A stretch of DNA of 64,000 nt from Eledone cirrhosa (taxonomy: Eukaryota): the NCBI GenBank assembly GCA_964016885.1, contig OZ024743.1, positions 56,854,001 to 56,918,000 on the forward strand, given 5' to 3'. Within the stretch, counting starts at the first letter, position 1. Each line of letters opens with the position of its first letter. A program made the translations under genes and the position numbers. The notes beneath the pieces were generated by a model. It was not told the DNA's origin, ran no database searches, and saw only the letters and a program-made list of their open reading frames with translations. Below, in pieces: positions 38,296 to 51,189 of this stretch.

Positions 38296-39094
38296 TTAAC
38301 ATCATATATTACATTATAATTCCTTTTGCTGATCTCTAATATTACTGTAGATATAGTTGCAAGGCTATTATTTATTGCTACATCTCATTAAATTACTTTA
38401 ATCTAATTAAGGCTCATTAATCTTATTGATATGCTCATTATTTTTGTTGCTACAGTAGTTTAATTAATAAAATACCTGTGGTTGATCTAATCAGGTTAGC
38501 TTACTTATTAATAATAACCTACTAATAAACTACATATGGTTTCAGTTCAGTCCTACCATGTGGCCCCTTAGGCAAATTTTTTATACAAGAACCTCGAGTT
38601 GACTGTTTTGTGAGTGAACTTTGGTGGATTGAAACTATGCAAAAGCCTGTTGTACACTCTAACACACACATACACATACTGACCTCGCCAAATTGCACCT
38701 CTTAAAGGTGATGACTCAGTACTGAGATCTCTGGCATTATACAGTAATACAGAAAATCTGAATTCCCACATGCACAGGCCATAACTGAAGTATATATACA
38801 GCTTGCACCACCCCACCCACTCCCATACACCCCTCATGATGTTTAACTGAAGCATACATCCAGTGAAGCCTCCAGCCCACACTGTAAAGTGGTTGTGTAG
38901 GTGTCATGACAAAAAGCACCCACTGTAAATGAGGTTGGTGCTTAGAAGGGCATCCAGCTGTAGAAATCAAGCCAAAATCAGTTCTGTATGAGCAAAACAT
39001 GGTCACCTGGCCTGGCATTGCTCACAACCAGATAACTTGTCTAACCCATGCCAATGTAGAAAAGTGGACGATAAATGGTGATGATGATGATATA

Positions 39095-39205
39095 CGAGGG
39101 GGTGCTGAAAAGTTCCTGGCTTTGGGTAAAAGAAAATACAAGAGGATCAGTTAATTATGATTTTATTCAACATATTCCCCTTTCAGATTCACACACTTAT
39201 TGCAG
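39095..39205 (+). mobile_element. Mariner left-end fragment
   Basis: TA|CGAGGGGGTGCTGAAAAGTTCCTGGC mariner-like terminus; no matching right end seen. Confidence 0.55.
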
Positions 39206-39303
39206 GAAAGAGAATATGATAGTTTCAGAGCATCCTCTTTTCCAAAGTGGATTAGTTCAAATTTATCCTCGTTCAATAGCATATTGTTTTTTTCTGCCTA
39301 TTT

Positions 39304-39497
39304 CAGACCTGTCAACTCTCCCCATACAATGAGGAGATCTCCCAACCACTTTGGGGTGGGTGAGAAATGTCTTTTCTTGTGAAAATGGGTACAGCTTTCA
39401 TTATGTAAAATCTCCCCATTTTGCCTCATTTCTTCCTGTTTTGGGGCACTTTTTTTCATGCACTCCCCGTTTGGTTTTTTAGAGCTTAGCAGGTCTG
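39304..39497. mobile_element. MITE, second copy, with 6-bp TSD CTATTT
   Basis: ctattt|CAGACCTG ... CAGGTCTG|ctattt. Confidence 0.8.
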
Positions 39498-39751
39498 CTA
39501 TTTGATAACAGCAATTAGATCCAATTGAAGGCATGTCCGGTCTCCCACTCCATTGATGACCTTCTGAAGTTTGGAATCATCTGTGAAGATTTTTATGTTA
39601 CTGACACATATGTGAGGGTGTGGTAGTTTACTTATATATATATATGAGTTGCATAACATAGAGGGTTTTTCTTACTATTACATCATAGTTTACTAACCGG
39701 AATGATTAGTTCTACCAACTGGTAAACCATACAACATAAATGATATATATG

Positions 39752-39826
<75 letters not shown>

Positions 39827-40107
39827 GAAAAAAATGAGTTTCAATTAAAGTTTCATTTACATATGAAAAATATTTATTGCGCATCAATATTTTTCATATG
39901 TAAATGAAAGTTCCTCGTTTTTTCTATTATATACACTCTGCCTGTGCATAGAGTGCTTGATTTGGTATCAACACCAGTATTTCACCGTACTACCTACACT
40001 ATATATATATATATGCTAAAAGGAAAACATAAATAACAAAGCAAACAGCATAATACAATGAAGAAATATATTATTAGTTTCAAGCTTGATATGGTAGGAA
40101 AAGAGTT

Positions 40108-40140
40108 TTGATCTTTCAGACACTAGTCCTTCATCAGAAA
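40108..40140 (-). ncRNA. Degenerate minimal hammerhead motif
   Basis: CTGATGA-A-GGAC tagt GTCT-GAAA-GATC; stem I and cleavage site unclear; sits between (TA)n tracts. Confidence 0.5.
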
Positions 40141-40247
40141 ATAGAATGAGAAATTAAAGAAGAAATAGAAAGAATATATATATATATATATATATTGTTT
40201 CTGAATATATATATATATTCTTTATCTGAAAACATATGTTGAAACCG

Positions 40248-41932
40248 ATATTGTTATACTTTGGGAGGGTCATGTTGCCAATAAGAAACACACGCACCAG
40301 TTGCTTTCACTCCAATTTATTATAAATTAAATTATAAATTTAAAAAAATTTATAAATTTCCAGTTGGTTGGTTCCACAACCGGACGGTTGTTCATATATT
40401 GTCAAAGTTCTTTTGTCACACATTCTGTGACCTCTTCAGTGACTGGGGATTCTTTTCTTTGTTTTGTGCCTCTCCTTTGTTCTGTCCTACGCCATCTTGT
40501 TTTTGTGTGTGTTGTGTGCTTAGTTTGCGCATGTGTTACATCCGGGTGTCTGTGGTGTTTTTATTTGTTTATTTACATGTTACTGGTTGGTTGTTTGTTC
40601 TATGTGTGTGTGTTTACATTTTGTCCTTAATTGTAAGTTGTGATGTTGCTATTCCATTCATGTTTTCTATTTAATTTTGGTTGGAGTTCATTTATGTTTA
40701 TTGCCTCTGTGATTTGTCTAAACATTGCGTCTTTTCTGTGTGTAGATTTTATTTTTATTTCTGTGTTCTCTATTTTGCCCTTATGTTCTATTTTAGCATG
40801 TTGGTGGAGTACTGATGATTCTTTTCTATCTTGAAGCTCTCGCTAGTGTTCATTTAATCGTTCTCCTATACTACAAGCTGTCTCACCTATGTACACTATA
40901 TTCTTATCTTTACATTGTCCTTCAGTACATCTTATGCTATATACTATGTTTCTAGTTTTGCAGTTAATATGGGGGCTTAGTTTACAGATTATGCATTTCT
41001 TATCTATACAGGGAGGTCTTTGAAAAGGGTATGTATTACTAATAAGTGTTTTTATGGAGGTACCTGGTCTTTCTACTATCTTAATATTTAGTTTAAGTTT
41101 ATCTAGGGCCCTTCTAAATTTGTAAGCTAGTTCACCTCTAGGGGTTGTATTGATGAACATTACACTCTGGTATTTATTGCTATAATACCATGAGTTTATT
41201 CTATTAACCTTATTCCTAGTTCTTTCTATTCTATTTTAAAATTTGCTCCTATACAAGGGGCAGGTCCCATTTGTATCATTATTTACCATTTTTTCCCATT
41301 TGGTTCTGGCTCCTCTATATACTCTGATTTTATCTCTCTGATTGTAACCAGAGAACTGCATACGGTGGATGAAGTGTTGTATATGTCTCTCTAGTTCTTT
41401 GGGGTTGCACATGCGGGACACGTTTCTCATCACCCTTACTAAATCTGTAATCAATATGTTGATTTTGGTGTGATCCGAAACAGCTGAGTTTCGGTGGATC
41501 AGATATTTGGAAGTCATGGGTTTGGCATAATGGGAATGGAGGATTTGTTTTTTGTTATTAATGGTTTCTAACCAGAGCTCTGTGTCTAGTACAGGTAATC
41601 AATGGTTGGGGTGTTTGCTTGGGTAGTCTATAGTAACTCTAATACTCTGGTGGATGGAGTTAGCTATTTGCTGGATGCTTTCCATGGTATTTTTCTCTAA
41701 TTCCTGACTGTTCTCTAGTGGGGGTGTTTTTACTACGATGTTTATATTATCAACGTAGCGAGAGTACATTATCAGGGTTAAGAGGTTGCTGTCTTCTAAT
41801 TGTTCTTTAAGTTTATTGTCCCACCATACCATGAATAGGTTAGCTATATCACCTGCAATGCTAACACCAATGGCTGCTCCCTCCTTTTGGGCATATGTTT
41901 TTCCATTAAATTTGAACATATGTTCCTTAAGG
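40248..41932 (-). mobile_element. Penelope-like element, 5'-truncated (RT C-terminal half + GIY-YIG endonuclease + 3' UTR), left arm
   Basis: FKFNGKTYAQKEGAAIG, YSRYVDN (YVDD), CxxxxCxxC linker, NIVYSIRC...YIGET...ERLNEH, RQITEA...LN. Confidence 0.92.
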
Positions 41933-41944
41933 GTTAAAACTAAT

Positions 41945-43155
41945 CCTTAAGGAACATATGTTCAAATTTAATGGAAAAACATATGCCCAAGAGGAGGGAG
42001 CAGCCATTGGTGTTAGCATTGCAGGTGACATGGCTAACCTATTGTTACAATCAGAGAGATAAAATCAGAGTGTATAGAGGAGCCAGAAACAAATGGGAAA
42101 AAATGGTAAATAATGATACAAATGGGACCTGCCCCTTCTATAGGAGCAAATTTTGGAATAGAATAGAAAGAAGTAGGAATAAGGTTAATAGAATAAACTC
42201 ATGGTATGATAGCAATAAATACCAGAGTGTAATGTTCATCAATACAATCCCTAGAGGTGAACTAGCTTACAAATTAGAAAGGCCCTAGATAAACTTAAAC
42301 TAAATATTAAGATAGTAGAAAGACCAGGTACCTCCATAAAAACACTTATTAGTAATACATACCCTTCTCAAAGACCTCCCTGTATAGATAAGAAATGCAT
42401 AATCTGTAAACTAAGCCCCCATATTAACTGCAAAACTAGAAACATAGTATATAGCATAAGATGTACTGAGGGACAATGTAAAAATAAGAATATAGTGTAC
42501 ATAGGTGAGACAGTTCATAGTATAGGAGAACGATTAAATGAACACTGGCAAGAGCTTCAAGATAGAAAAGAATCATCAGTACTCCACCAACATGCTAAAA
42601 TAGAACATAAGGGCAAATTAGAGAACATAGAAATAAAAATAAAATTTACACACAGAAAAGACGCAATGTTTAGACAAATCACAGAGGCAATAAACATAAA
42701 TGAACTCCAACCAAAATTAAATAGAAAACATGAATGGAATAGCAACATCACAACTTACAATTAAGGACAAAATGAAAACACACACACATAGAACAAACAA
42801 CCAACCAGTAACATGTAAATAAACAAATAAATAAACAAATAAAAACACACACAGACACCTGGATGTAACACATGCGCAAACTAAGCACACAACACACACA
42901 AAAACAAGATGGCGTAGGACAGAACAAAGGAGAAGCACAAAACAAAGAAAAGAATCCCCAGTCACTGAAGAGGTCACAGAATGTGTGACGAAAAACTTTG
43001 ACAATATATGAACAACCGTCCGGTTGTGGAACCAACCAACCGGAAATTTATAAATTTTTTTAAATTTATAATTTAATTTATAATAAATTGGAGTGAAAGC
43101 AACTGGTGCATGTGTTTCTTATTGGCTACATGACCCTCCCAAAGTATAACAATAT
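41945..43155 (+). mobile_element. Penelope-like element, inverted copy (right arm) with an internal deletion of about 490 bp
   Basis: Reverse complement of the left arm; jumps near 42043 from the GDMANL region to YNQRDK; ORF 42495..42764 encodes the GIY-YIG C-terminus. Confidence 0.92.
42961..43002 (+). ncRNA. Minimal hammerhead ribozyme motif in the PLE 3' UTR (mirror copy at 40401-40443, minus strand)
   Basis: GTCA-CTGAAGA-G-GTCACA gaatg TGTGAC-GAAA-aactt-TGAC: core boxes, stem II hairpin and stem I GTCA/TGAC. Confidence 0.7.
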
Positions 43156-43168
43156 ATATATATATAAT

Positions 43169-43560
43169 GGAGGCACATGGCTTAGTGGTTAGAGCATTGA
43201 CCTTGCAATCGAAAGGTTGTGAGTTCAATTCTCAGACCGGGTGATGTGTTGTTTCCTTGAGCAAGACACTTTATTTCACATTGCTCCAGTTTACTCAGCT
43301 GTAGAAATGAGTTGATAGGACTGGGGTCCCTATTATTCCGCTGCAAAGTGGTCGTGGAGGTGCCACAGCAAAAAAAAAAACACCCAGCCCACACTTTAAA
43401 GTGGACGTGTAGGCGCCAGGAAAAAAAAAAGCACCGAGCACTCACTGTAAATGAGGTTTGTGTTAGGAAGGGCATCCAGCTGTAGAAATCAAGCCAGAAT
43501 CAGTTTCCGTCCCACCCTTGCAAGCAGGGAAAAGCGGACGTAAAATGATGATGATGACGA

Positions 43561-43563
<3 letters not shown>
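43169..43563 (+). mobile_element. tRNA-derived SINE with RTE-derived 3' tail
   Basis: Same family as 24028-24360; ends in (ATG)n and sits within (TA)n. Confidence 0.85.
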
Positions 43564-43638
<75 letters not shown>

Positions 43639-43644
43639 AGACAG

Positions 43645-43680
<36 letters not shown>

Positions 43681-44038
43681 CTGTCTGTTTATGTATGGAA
43701 CTTAGTGGTTAAGAAAAAAAAAAATGAGAACAAGAATTTTTTTTAAAAGTGCTGGTATTGATATAATCGATGAAATACCTTAAAGGCAGTACCCAATCAT
43801 GGTCGCAGTTTAATGACTAAAAGAAGTAAAAGACTGAAGGAATGAAAGGGAAAAATCTGCAGCTGATTCTCAAATTTCTGTTCAGCATCTGATAGCATCA
43901 GTATGTCTGTGAAACTACTCAGGATTCTAAAGGGATGGGGAGGGGGGGGGGGCACATCCTACCATCCTATAGATTATGGTAGAAAGATGGGAACAATAAT
44001 TTAGCAATGCCCTAATTTATTTAATTCTTTATTTATCA

Positions 44039-44161
<123 letters not shown>

Positions 44162-44227
44162 ATGTGTGTGTGTATGTGTGCATATATATATCATTACAAG
44201 ATCGGAGGCCATATTTAGTTGATTCTC

Positions 44228-44285
<58 letters not shown>

Positions 44286-44338
44286 CGAGAGACGTAAAAT
44301 AAAAAAATTATAAAATTAACTTACTTACTAAAATATCA

Positions 44339-44418
44339 CTTCCAACTAATTAGTTTCTGGAATGGAATAAATATATTTTCCGAAGAAAACATGGAGAATC
44401 ATTCCGTCGTCAGGGAAG
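44339..44418 (-). ncRNA. Hammerhead ribozyme motif
   Basis: CTTCC-CTGACGA-C-GGAATG...CATTCC-A-GAAA-CTAATTAGT-T-GGAAG: stem I CTTCC/GGAAG, stem II and palindromic stem III AACTAATTAGTT. Confidence 0.78.
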
Positions 44419-44840
44419 ACTATTCTCATCTAAGTATCCAGGCAAGGCGTGGACTCTGGAAACTTATTAAAAAATAATTCAGTGGATAGAAAATAGCAAC
44501 GCGTGGACTGAATTCCTAGCCATTGAGAAAATCACTGCCTCTGCGTCGGTGGCAAATTCAAAAAGAATCAATCACGTGACATCGAGGTCAATCAGTGGAA
44601 AGTGGTTTGCTAATAAGACAGCGGCCTGCCTGCTACCATAGCAGCAGTCATGGCCAATATTGCTCGACAAATAATTGGAGATAATTATAAAGAATTAATA
44701 TCTAGTAACATATATATACATACAGATGCATATCAATGCTAGCAAATATATAGGTTTTGTCTTAGTAACTTTGTGGTTCAATGCATGGGTTTGCAGAACA
44801 ATAATATGAGAGACGTAAAATAAGAAAATTATAAAATTAA

Positions 44841-44920
44841 CTTACCTGACGACGGAATGATTCTCTATGTTTTCTTCTGAAAATATATTTATTCCATTCC
44901 AGAAACTAATTAGTTGGAAG
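44841..44920 (+). ncRNA. Hammerhead ribozyme motif (inverted copy of 44339-44418)
   Basis: CTTAC-CTGACGA-C-GGAATG...CATTCC-A-GAAA-CTAATTAGTT-GGAAG. Confidence 0.72.
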
Positions 44921-45249
44921 TGATATTTTAGTAAGTAAGTTAATTTTATATATATATATATATTGATCAGCAATTCAGAACAAGATATGTAGAGCCATAT
45001 GAAGTAGCCAGGCTAAAACTTCAGTCATTGCTACTTTTCTACTCAGAAAATATACATACGTATATGTATTGAGTGTTCATCCTACAATGATATTTTAAAC
45101 TTTAAACACATATATATATATTATATATATAGATGTTGTCATCATCAATATCATCATCATCATTTAACATCTACTATGATGATGATAATGATATCTCTCT
45201 CCCCCCCTCTCTCTATCTCTCAATATATATATATATATATATAGAAAAA

Positions 45250-45732
45250 CCTGGGACAACTTGATAAATTCCGACCTCACACACTTACACCTCTCCAAGA
45301 CAATGTCACTGGACCGAGATCTTTGGCGTTACGCAGTAATACAGAAGACCCGCCTTGCCTAAGTACAAAGCGAAACCTACAGTCAGTAGGCACCTCTAAC
45401 AAAAATACACCCCATCCACACCACCCCTTTCGATGTAAAGTTATGTTGGTACCACAACATCCAGTCCGAAATAAATGAGGTCGTGTAGGTGTCACGACAA
45501 AAAAACACACAGTCCACGCTGTAATGTGGCCGTGTAGGTAACACGGTAAAAACCTCCCAGTCCACACGGTAAACGTGGTTGGTGTTAGGAAGGGCATCCA
45601 GCCGTAGAAAACCTGCCAGACAGTCCTATACGAGCAAGACAACCAATCTTGCCTCAAGTGGGAAAATTCCCGTCTAAACCCATGCAAGCGTGGAAGATGG
45701 ACGTTAAACGATGATGATGATGATGATGATGA
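45250..45732 (+). mobile_element. RTE 3' end, near-identical in sequence to 23009-23410 (opposite strand)
   Basis: Shared sequence (gagatctttggcg...acagtcagtaggcacctc...ccagacagtcc) and (ATG)n tail. Confidence 0.85.
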
Positions 45733-45765
45733 TATATATTCTTTGTTAAGGCTAAATGATAAGTC

Positions 45766-45812
45766 ATATTACTCTGGGGTTTCACCTGTGCACTTACAGG
45801 ATCATCAGACAA
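45766..45812 (-). ncRNA. Minimal hammerhead ribozyme motif
   Basis: CTGATGA-T-CCTGT aagtgc ACAGG-T-GAAA-CCCCAGAG-TA: near-palindromic stem III, GUA triplet, weak stem I. Confidence 0.62.
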
Positions 45813-48435
45813 GATGCATCACTTAGCCATAATAAAGAATATTTAAATTCTATTTTTTTGCTACAAGGGCAAAGGTAATGCTCTAGAAAGGAGAAATTAT
45901 AGAGGAATAAAACTAATGGACCAAGTTATGAAAGTGATGGAAAGAGTTATAGTGCAACTAATTAGAGAAAGAGTCAAATTAGACGAGATGCAGTTTAGGT
46001 CCGTGTCTGGGAAAAATACTAATAAGAAATTATCAAATTAAATGATTTTTATACTATAAATCCTGTGGTTGTTGACAGGTATTATGCTAGGAGTTCCACC
46101 AAAGGGTCTTTGAAGTAACGTTATTCAATAGAGTGTGTATCTTGGAGATAGAATTACATCAGGTATAGCTGCTACTTCTCCAAATTTTGAGAGATCACAT
46201 CTCCGATACTATGGACATGGGGTTAGAATATCTAAGGAAATAATTGTTTGACTGATTTTACTGGCAAAACCTATTGGCAGGAGACCCAAGGTTAGACCCT
46301 GAGCAAGACGGCTGAATAACATCTATGAACTCGGCTGGGTCAATTGGAGACAGGACCCGCTGGAAGGCCTATTTGAGGACTCTGCTCCCACGACCTGCCC
46401 TAGGCATAGAGCCTATCACCCTCTTTTCTTCCTCCTCCCTTTCTTCCATTCCCTAATAGTCCTTGCTGTTTCACTCCCTTTTTTCACATTTATGGCATTT
46501 GTAGCCCTTTCCTTTGCTTTCCTATACAGACAGATCTGCTTTTCTTTAACTCCCATTTTTTTTCATTAGTTAATTTTGCTTTTATCCTTTTGTTTTTCAT
46601 ATTTCCATCATTGTATAACTTCTGTCTGTAAAATATAGTTGACATAATGTTTATGTATAACAGATAACAAAATAAAATTTTCCCGTTATTTGTACTATCG
46701 GCAAGTAAGTCCGAATATATACCAATACAAGGGTTTCTAATTTCGGTACAAGGTCAACAATTTTGGGTGTAGAGGAAAGTTGATTTACTTTATTCTATCA
46801 ACCCCATAAGGATAAAAGGCAAAGCTAACCTTGGTGGGATTTGAAATCTGAATGTAAAGGTCTGTAACTCTGTGCAACACAACATGTTGACCGATGCTCT
46901 AACGATACAGCCATAATATGGAATAGTCGCTAAAATGATAAATCAATTCATATCGTCCAGTAATGTCTTATAAATCATTGGTTTTCATGGTCGTATTTCT
47001 GACGAAAATTCTAATAAATTTGTTTTGAATTCAGTATGAATTACATGGAAATGTAAACAATCAAACGTAATTTCTGTTTCTGTTTAAAGAACGAAATGTG
47101 TTAATTTTGCGTGGAATGGGCTTTCGTCGGTACCGACAATGAGTGTCCTAGTTGTTCGATCAACTGAACAATTTGCTCGTGAAATTAACGTTATTCCATA
47201 GACATATAAACCCTTAACTTAACTCTCGGAGGTCCTTCGAATTATAGGTACAGTTCCTCCGACGGGTTTCCAAAAATTTCTATCTACCTAAAGCATAGGT
47301 CAATTCAAAGCTACGGATAAATGTCACTTTCTCAAAATATCACACAGTATGATCTAACCCGAGACATAACGATTGAGAAGCGAAATCCTTAACCATTCAG
47401 CGATGCTGTGTCCACTCATTATGTATATATACGCTACCACAATACGAACGTACTGTCTTCAAAACAGAAACAACGAAATGAAAATACAATTTCCATTACA
47501 TTTAACAGTTTCCATTTTTCTAGTTTAGTTACAATATCAGCAATTAGTGTGTGTATATATCGCATTACATTTAACAGTGTCTGTTTTTTATCCATTTTAA
47601 ATATAACTTTCCACTTGTTGCAACATGTATAATTTCGTTTTCTCATTTCTATTTATATTTCAACTTTCGTCTGGAAATTTAATTTTTACTTTAATCTAAC
47701 CTTAAAACAAAACTTCGCCGATTCTCATATTTTTAATTATTCTTTTATTAATAGCAACAACACAGCCAATTTTCTCCAAACTGAAATGAACACAAATTTA
47801 TTGATATTTAATGGAATCCTAAAATAGGACTGTACCTCCGAATCACGTTGAAAGAAAAACTGAGTGCTTGTGAGAAATCCTATCAAAAGAGTCGGTGCTT
47901 GTAAGACACAGACGTAACTAATCGCTACTTCACACAATAATTGTGATCGAGTAGTTGGTTTTGAAATACGAAAGTGAGGCTGTTGTATGATGCCGGTCGA
48001 CGGACACTTGACCAAGAAGACGTCTCTCCTCCTGTTGGTAAGCCACACATTGACCATACAAGACAAACCTTTCAATTATTCTGGCTCTGGCAAGGAAATG
48101 GATCCAACTACCGTTGCAGCCGTGCCAGCAACGCATATTAAACCTTCCACCACAAACTAACTGGCCCACAACACATTCCTCCAGGGGACTAATTTACGTG
48201 AAAAAACAAAAACAAAAAACAAATCAAAAAAGGGGAGAGAAAAGCAACAAAAGCTCTGAATGGAAATAGTCTTAGTTGTTGGCCTTCACTTCCTCTTTCT
48301 TCTATGTGTGTAATTAGCTGTCTATTGTTTATTAACAGAACCTACTACTACTAATATTGCCTCTGTCTATTGAACTTGACACAATTATCGCAGTCTTACA
48401 TCTGTCCACCGTAACAATACACATCGCTCTTCCTT

Positions 48436-48478
<43 letters not shown>

Positions 48479-48482
48479 TACA

Positions 48483-48521
<39 letters not shown>

Positions 48522-49005
48522 TACATCTATATATATATACAAAACAATAGAGCGTTCAACATTTCGACTAAAATCTTTCATCAACTCTATACCTATTTCT
48601 TAACATTTGCTGTCAACTTCCCAACAACAACACATGTTTATAAATAATATCTACTTTTCCACTTTTCACTGTTCTATTTTCTCATTAATCCGAATGTCAT
48701 TCTCCCCACCTCGTCTGATGTTGAAGCCAACAGTAGTTGTACTGTAACAACAACTACAACAACAGTAAATCCGTCTAGTCAGCTCTGAACAGAGATTAAA
48801 GCTGCTTGTATTTATGGCTTAGCACACAATAGACATTCATAAAGATAGCTGAAAACTTTCAAATCATAATATTAGCGGGAGAAAAATCAATTAATTTCCA
48901 ATAATCCATTTGTTTTCTACAACGACCAGAAGTGTTTGAAGAAGTTCGTGTAATTTGCTCGAGGTTTCAGTGTGTCGAACTGTCTGGCTATATCGTCCTC
49001 TAGAT

Positions 49006-49219
49006 ATGGGACATAGCCAGTCATGTTGTGCCTACTCCAGTCCCAAACAGATCCGGATCGGTCAACAGAAACGGAAAGAAGACATCTACCAGCCTGCTCG
49101 GACAGAAGAGACCGGGGGTTCGAGTCACGGTGGTGCGGGAGCAGCGACTGGATTATCCAGTTCAGGGCGACACCACAGCCACAGTAATTTACAACATATC
49201 AGCGACAGAGAACCTGAAG
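49006..49219 (+). CDS. CCNY: Cyclin Y, first coding exon (MGHSQSCCAYSSPKQ...SNLQHISDREPE)
   Basis: MGxxxSCC..SSPK N-terminus and NLQHISDRE motif characteristic of cyclin Y; ends at a GAAG|GTACGT donor in phase 1. No downstream exon was identified in the window. Confidence 0.9.
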
Positions 49220-50214
49220 GTACGTGATAATTATTTATCAAATATTCTTAATTCGCTGTAAAACACTTACGTCAATCGTTCAGGCGGTATTGTCGTCGAA
49301 AAATATATAATTATATTTTGAAAATATATTTTAACTATAGTTAAAAATATATCATTAGACAATAAAACACATTAGCCATTGCTTTGTAAATATACAAAAT
49401 ATTTTTCTGTTAATAGTTGACGTAATAATAATCTTCTTCATCCCACTTATTTATTACAAACATTCTATTACTCATCTAACAGAACTTTACCTTATAATTA
49501 TTGTTTGCAACTTTCCGTATCTGGGTTGTTGCATAACTTACTCCTACATTAACGATGTATTAACGTTATATTAATTAATTTAACCTTGTTATATTAACTT
49601 TACTCCCCGAACAACTGAATACAGTTAAGTCCTTCTCTATAACAGACACTCCCTCACACCTATACATGTTTCCAATTTCTACATATGAAAGCAGCGGACA
49701 CTCCGGGTTCGAGGTCAAAGTGTAAAAATCCCTCGACTAATAGCATAGCTAATTATCTAAATAGTTCAGTGCATGTGTGTATATGTTTCTTGTCTGTGTA
49801 TGTGTGAGAAAAATGCACTTTTTTGGAAGTGTGTGTGTGTGTGAACATATCTCTCGGTATTTATACAAAAATGTCGGTTGTTAAGTGTTTTTGCAAAACA
49901 GTTTCTGGCGCCTCTGAATTTGCCAACACTATACCGCTTCCACTTAATCCCTACAACTGTACCACCAACTCCTACCGTGTCTTCCTCCTTTCCACGACTT
50001 CTGTATTTAACCCAATCCTTTCATCTCGGAACTCCATTTCTTTGCTATTTGCTCCCTCCTTTACTCTTTTACTCAAATCGAACAGCAACTGTATTATCCT
50101 AACAAACCTAAAACATCCCTATTCTAGGATTGACTGAAAGGGCTACTGACATCGGTACACATACACATATATATCATCATTATCGTTTAACGTCCATCTT
50201 CCACGCTAGCATGG

Positions 50215-50248
<34 letters not shown>

Positions 50249-50946
50249 TTATTTATTTACCTTCCATGTCCAACTCATGTCTGCATGGAAGAAAGATGTG
50301 TTTTTTACTCCTTCCCACATTTTTGTTCCTTGTCCAACCCATGCCAGTATGGAAAGCCTGGCATACCACCAGATGCAACTCACTCTGTTCCCGGCTACCT
50401 CCATGACCTGATACTTCCTCTCAGAGTGGTATGACCCCCCCCCCCTCCTATCAATGCCTCCTCAATGCTGATGCCATGATAAACATGCACCCAGACCACT
50501 CTATAAAGTAGTAGTGCTGGTGCCATGATAAAAGCACCCAGTTCGCAGTGTGAAGTGGTAGTGTTGATGCCATGTAAAATGCATCTCGTACACCCTGTAA
50601 GGTGGTAGTTTGAGAGTCATAATAAAATGATAACAGTACATGCTGTAAAGTGATTGGCATTAGGAAAGGCATCCATGGGGGAGAAACCAGGTCCAAAATT
50701 TAGTGTATGAACAAGACATTTTCACGCATAACCTGTCTAGCCTCAATATGTGACAACCTATTTAACCCATGGAAGCATGGAAAATAGCTATTAAACAGTG
50801 ATGATGTGATATCATCATTATCACCATCATCATTTAACATAAGGTAGAATGGTTGTTAAATGATGGCGATGATGGTATATATACAAATATACATACACAT
50901 ACATGCACATACATATGTACATACATAATGCATACATGCATATGTT

Positions 50947-50988
<42 letters not shown>

Positions 50989-51076
50989 TATGTATATGCT
51001 AGTGTGGAAAATCAACGTTAAACGATGATATATGTCTGCGTGCATATATGTGTATATGTATATATATGTATGTATT

Positions 51077-51110
<34 letters not shown>

Positions 51111-51189
51111 TGTATATATATATATGTATATATATATATATGTATATATATGTATGTGTATATATATGTATGTATATATATATGTTATC

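Noticed and set aside
47737-48169. ORFs upstream of CCNY as a separate gene
   Set aside because: No recognisable domain or convincing splice pattern; more likely CCNY promoter or upstream sequence.
48547-48590. HHR-like motifs at 48547-48590 and 22151-22180 as functional ribozymes
   Set aside because: Core substitutions (TTGATGA; CTGAAAA) and no proper NUH triplet; kept only as probable decayed relics.
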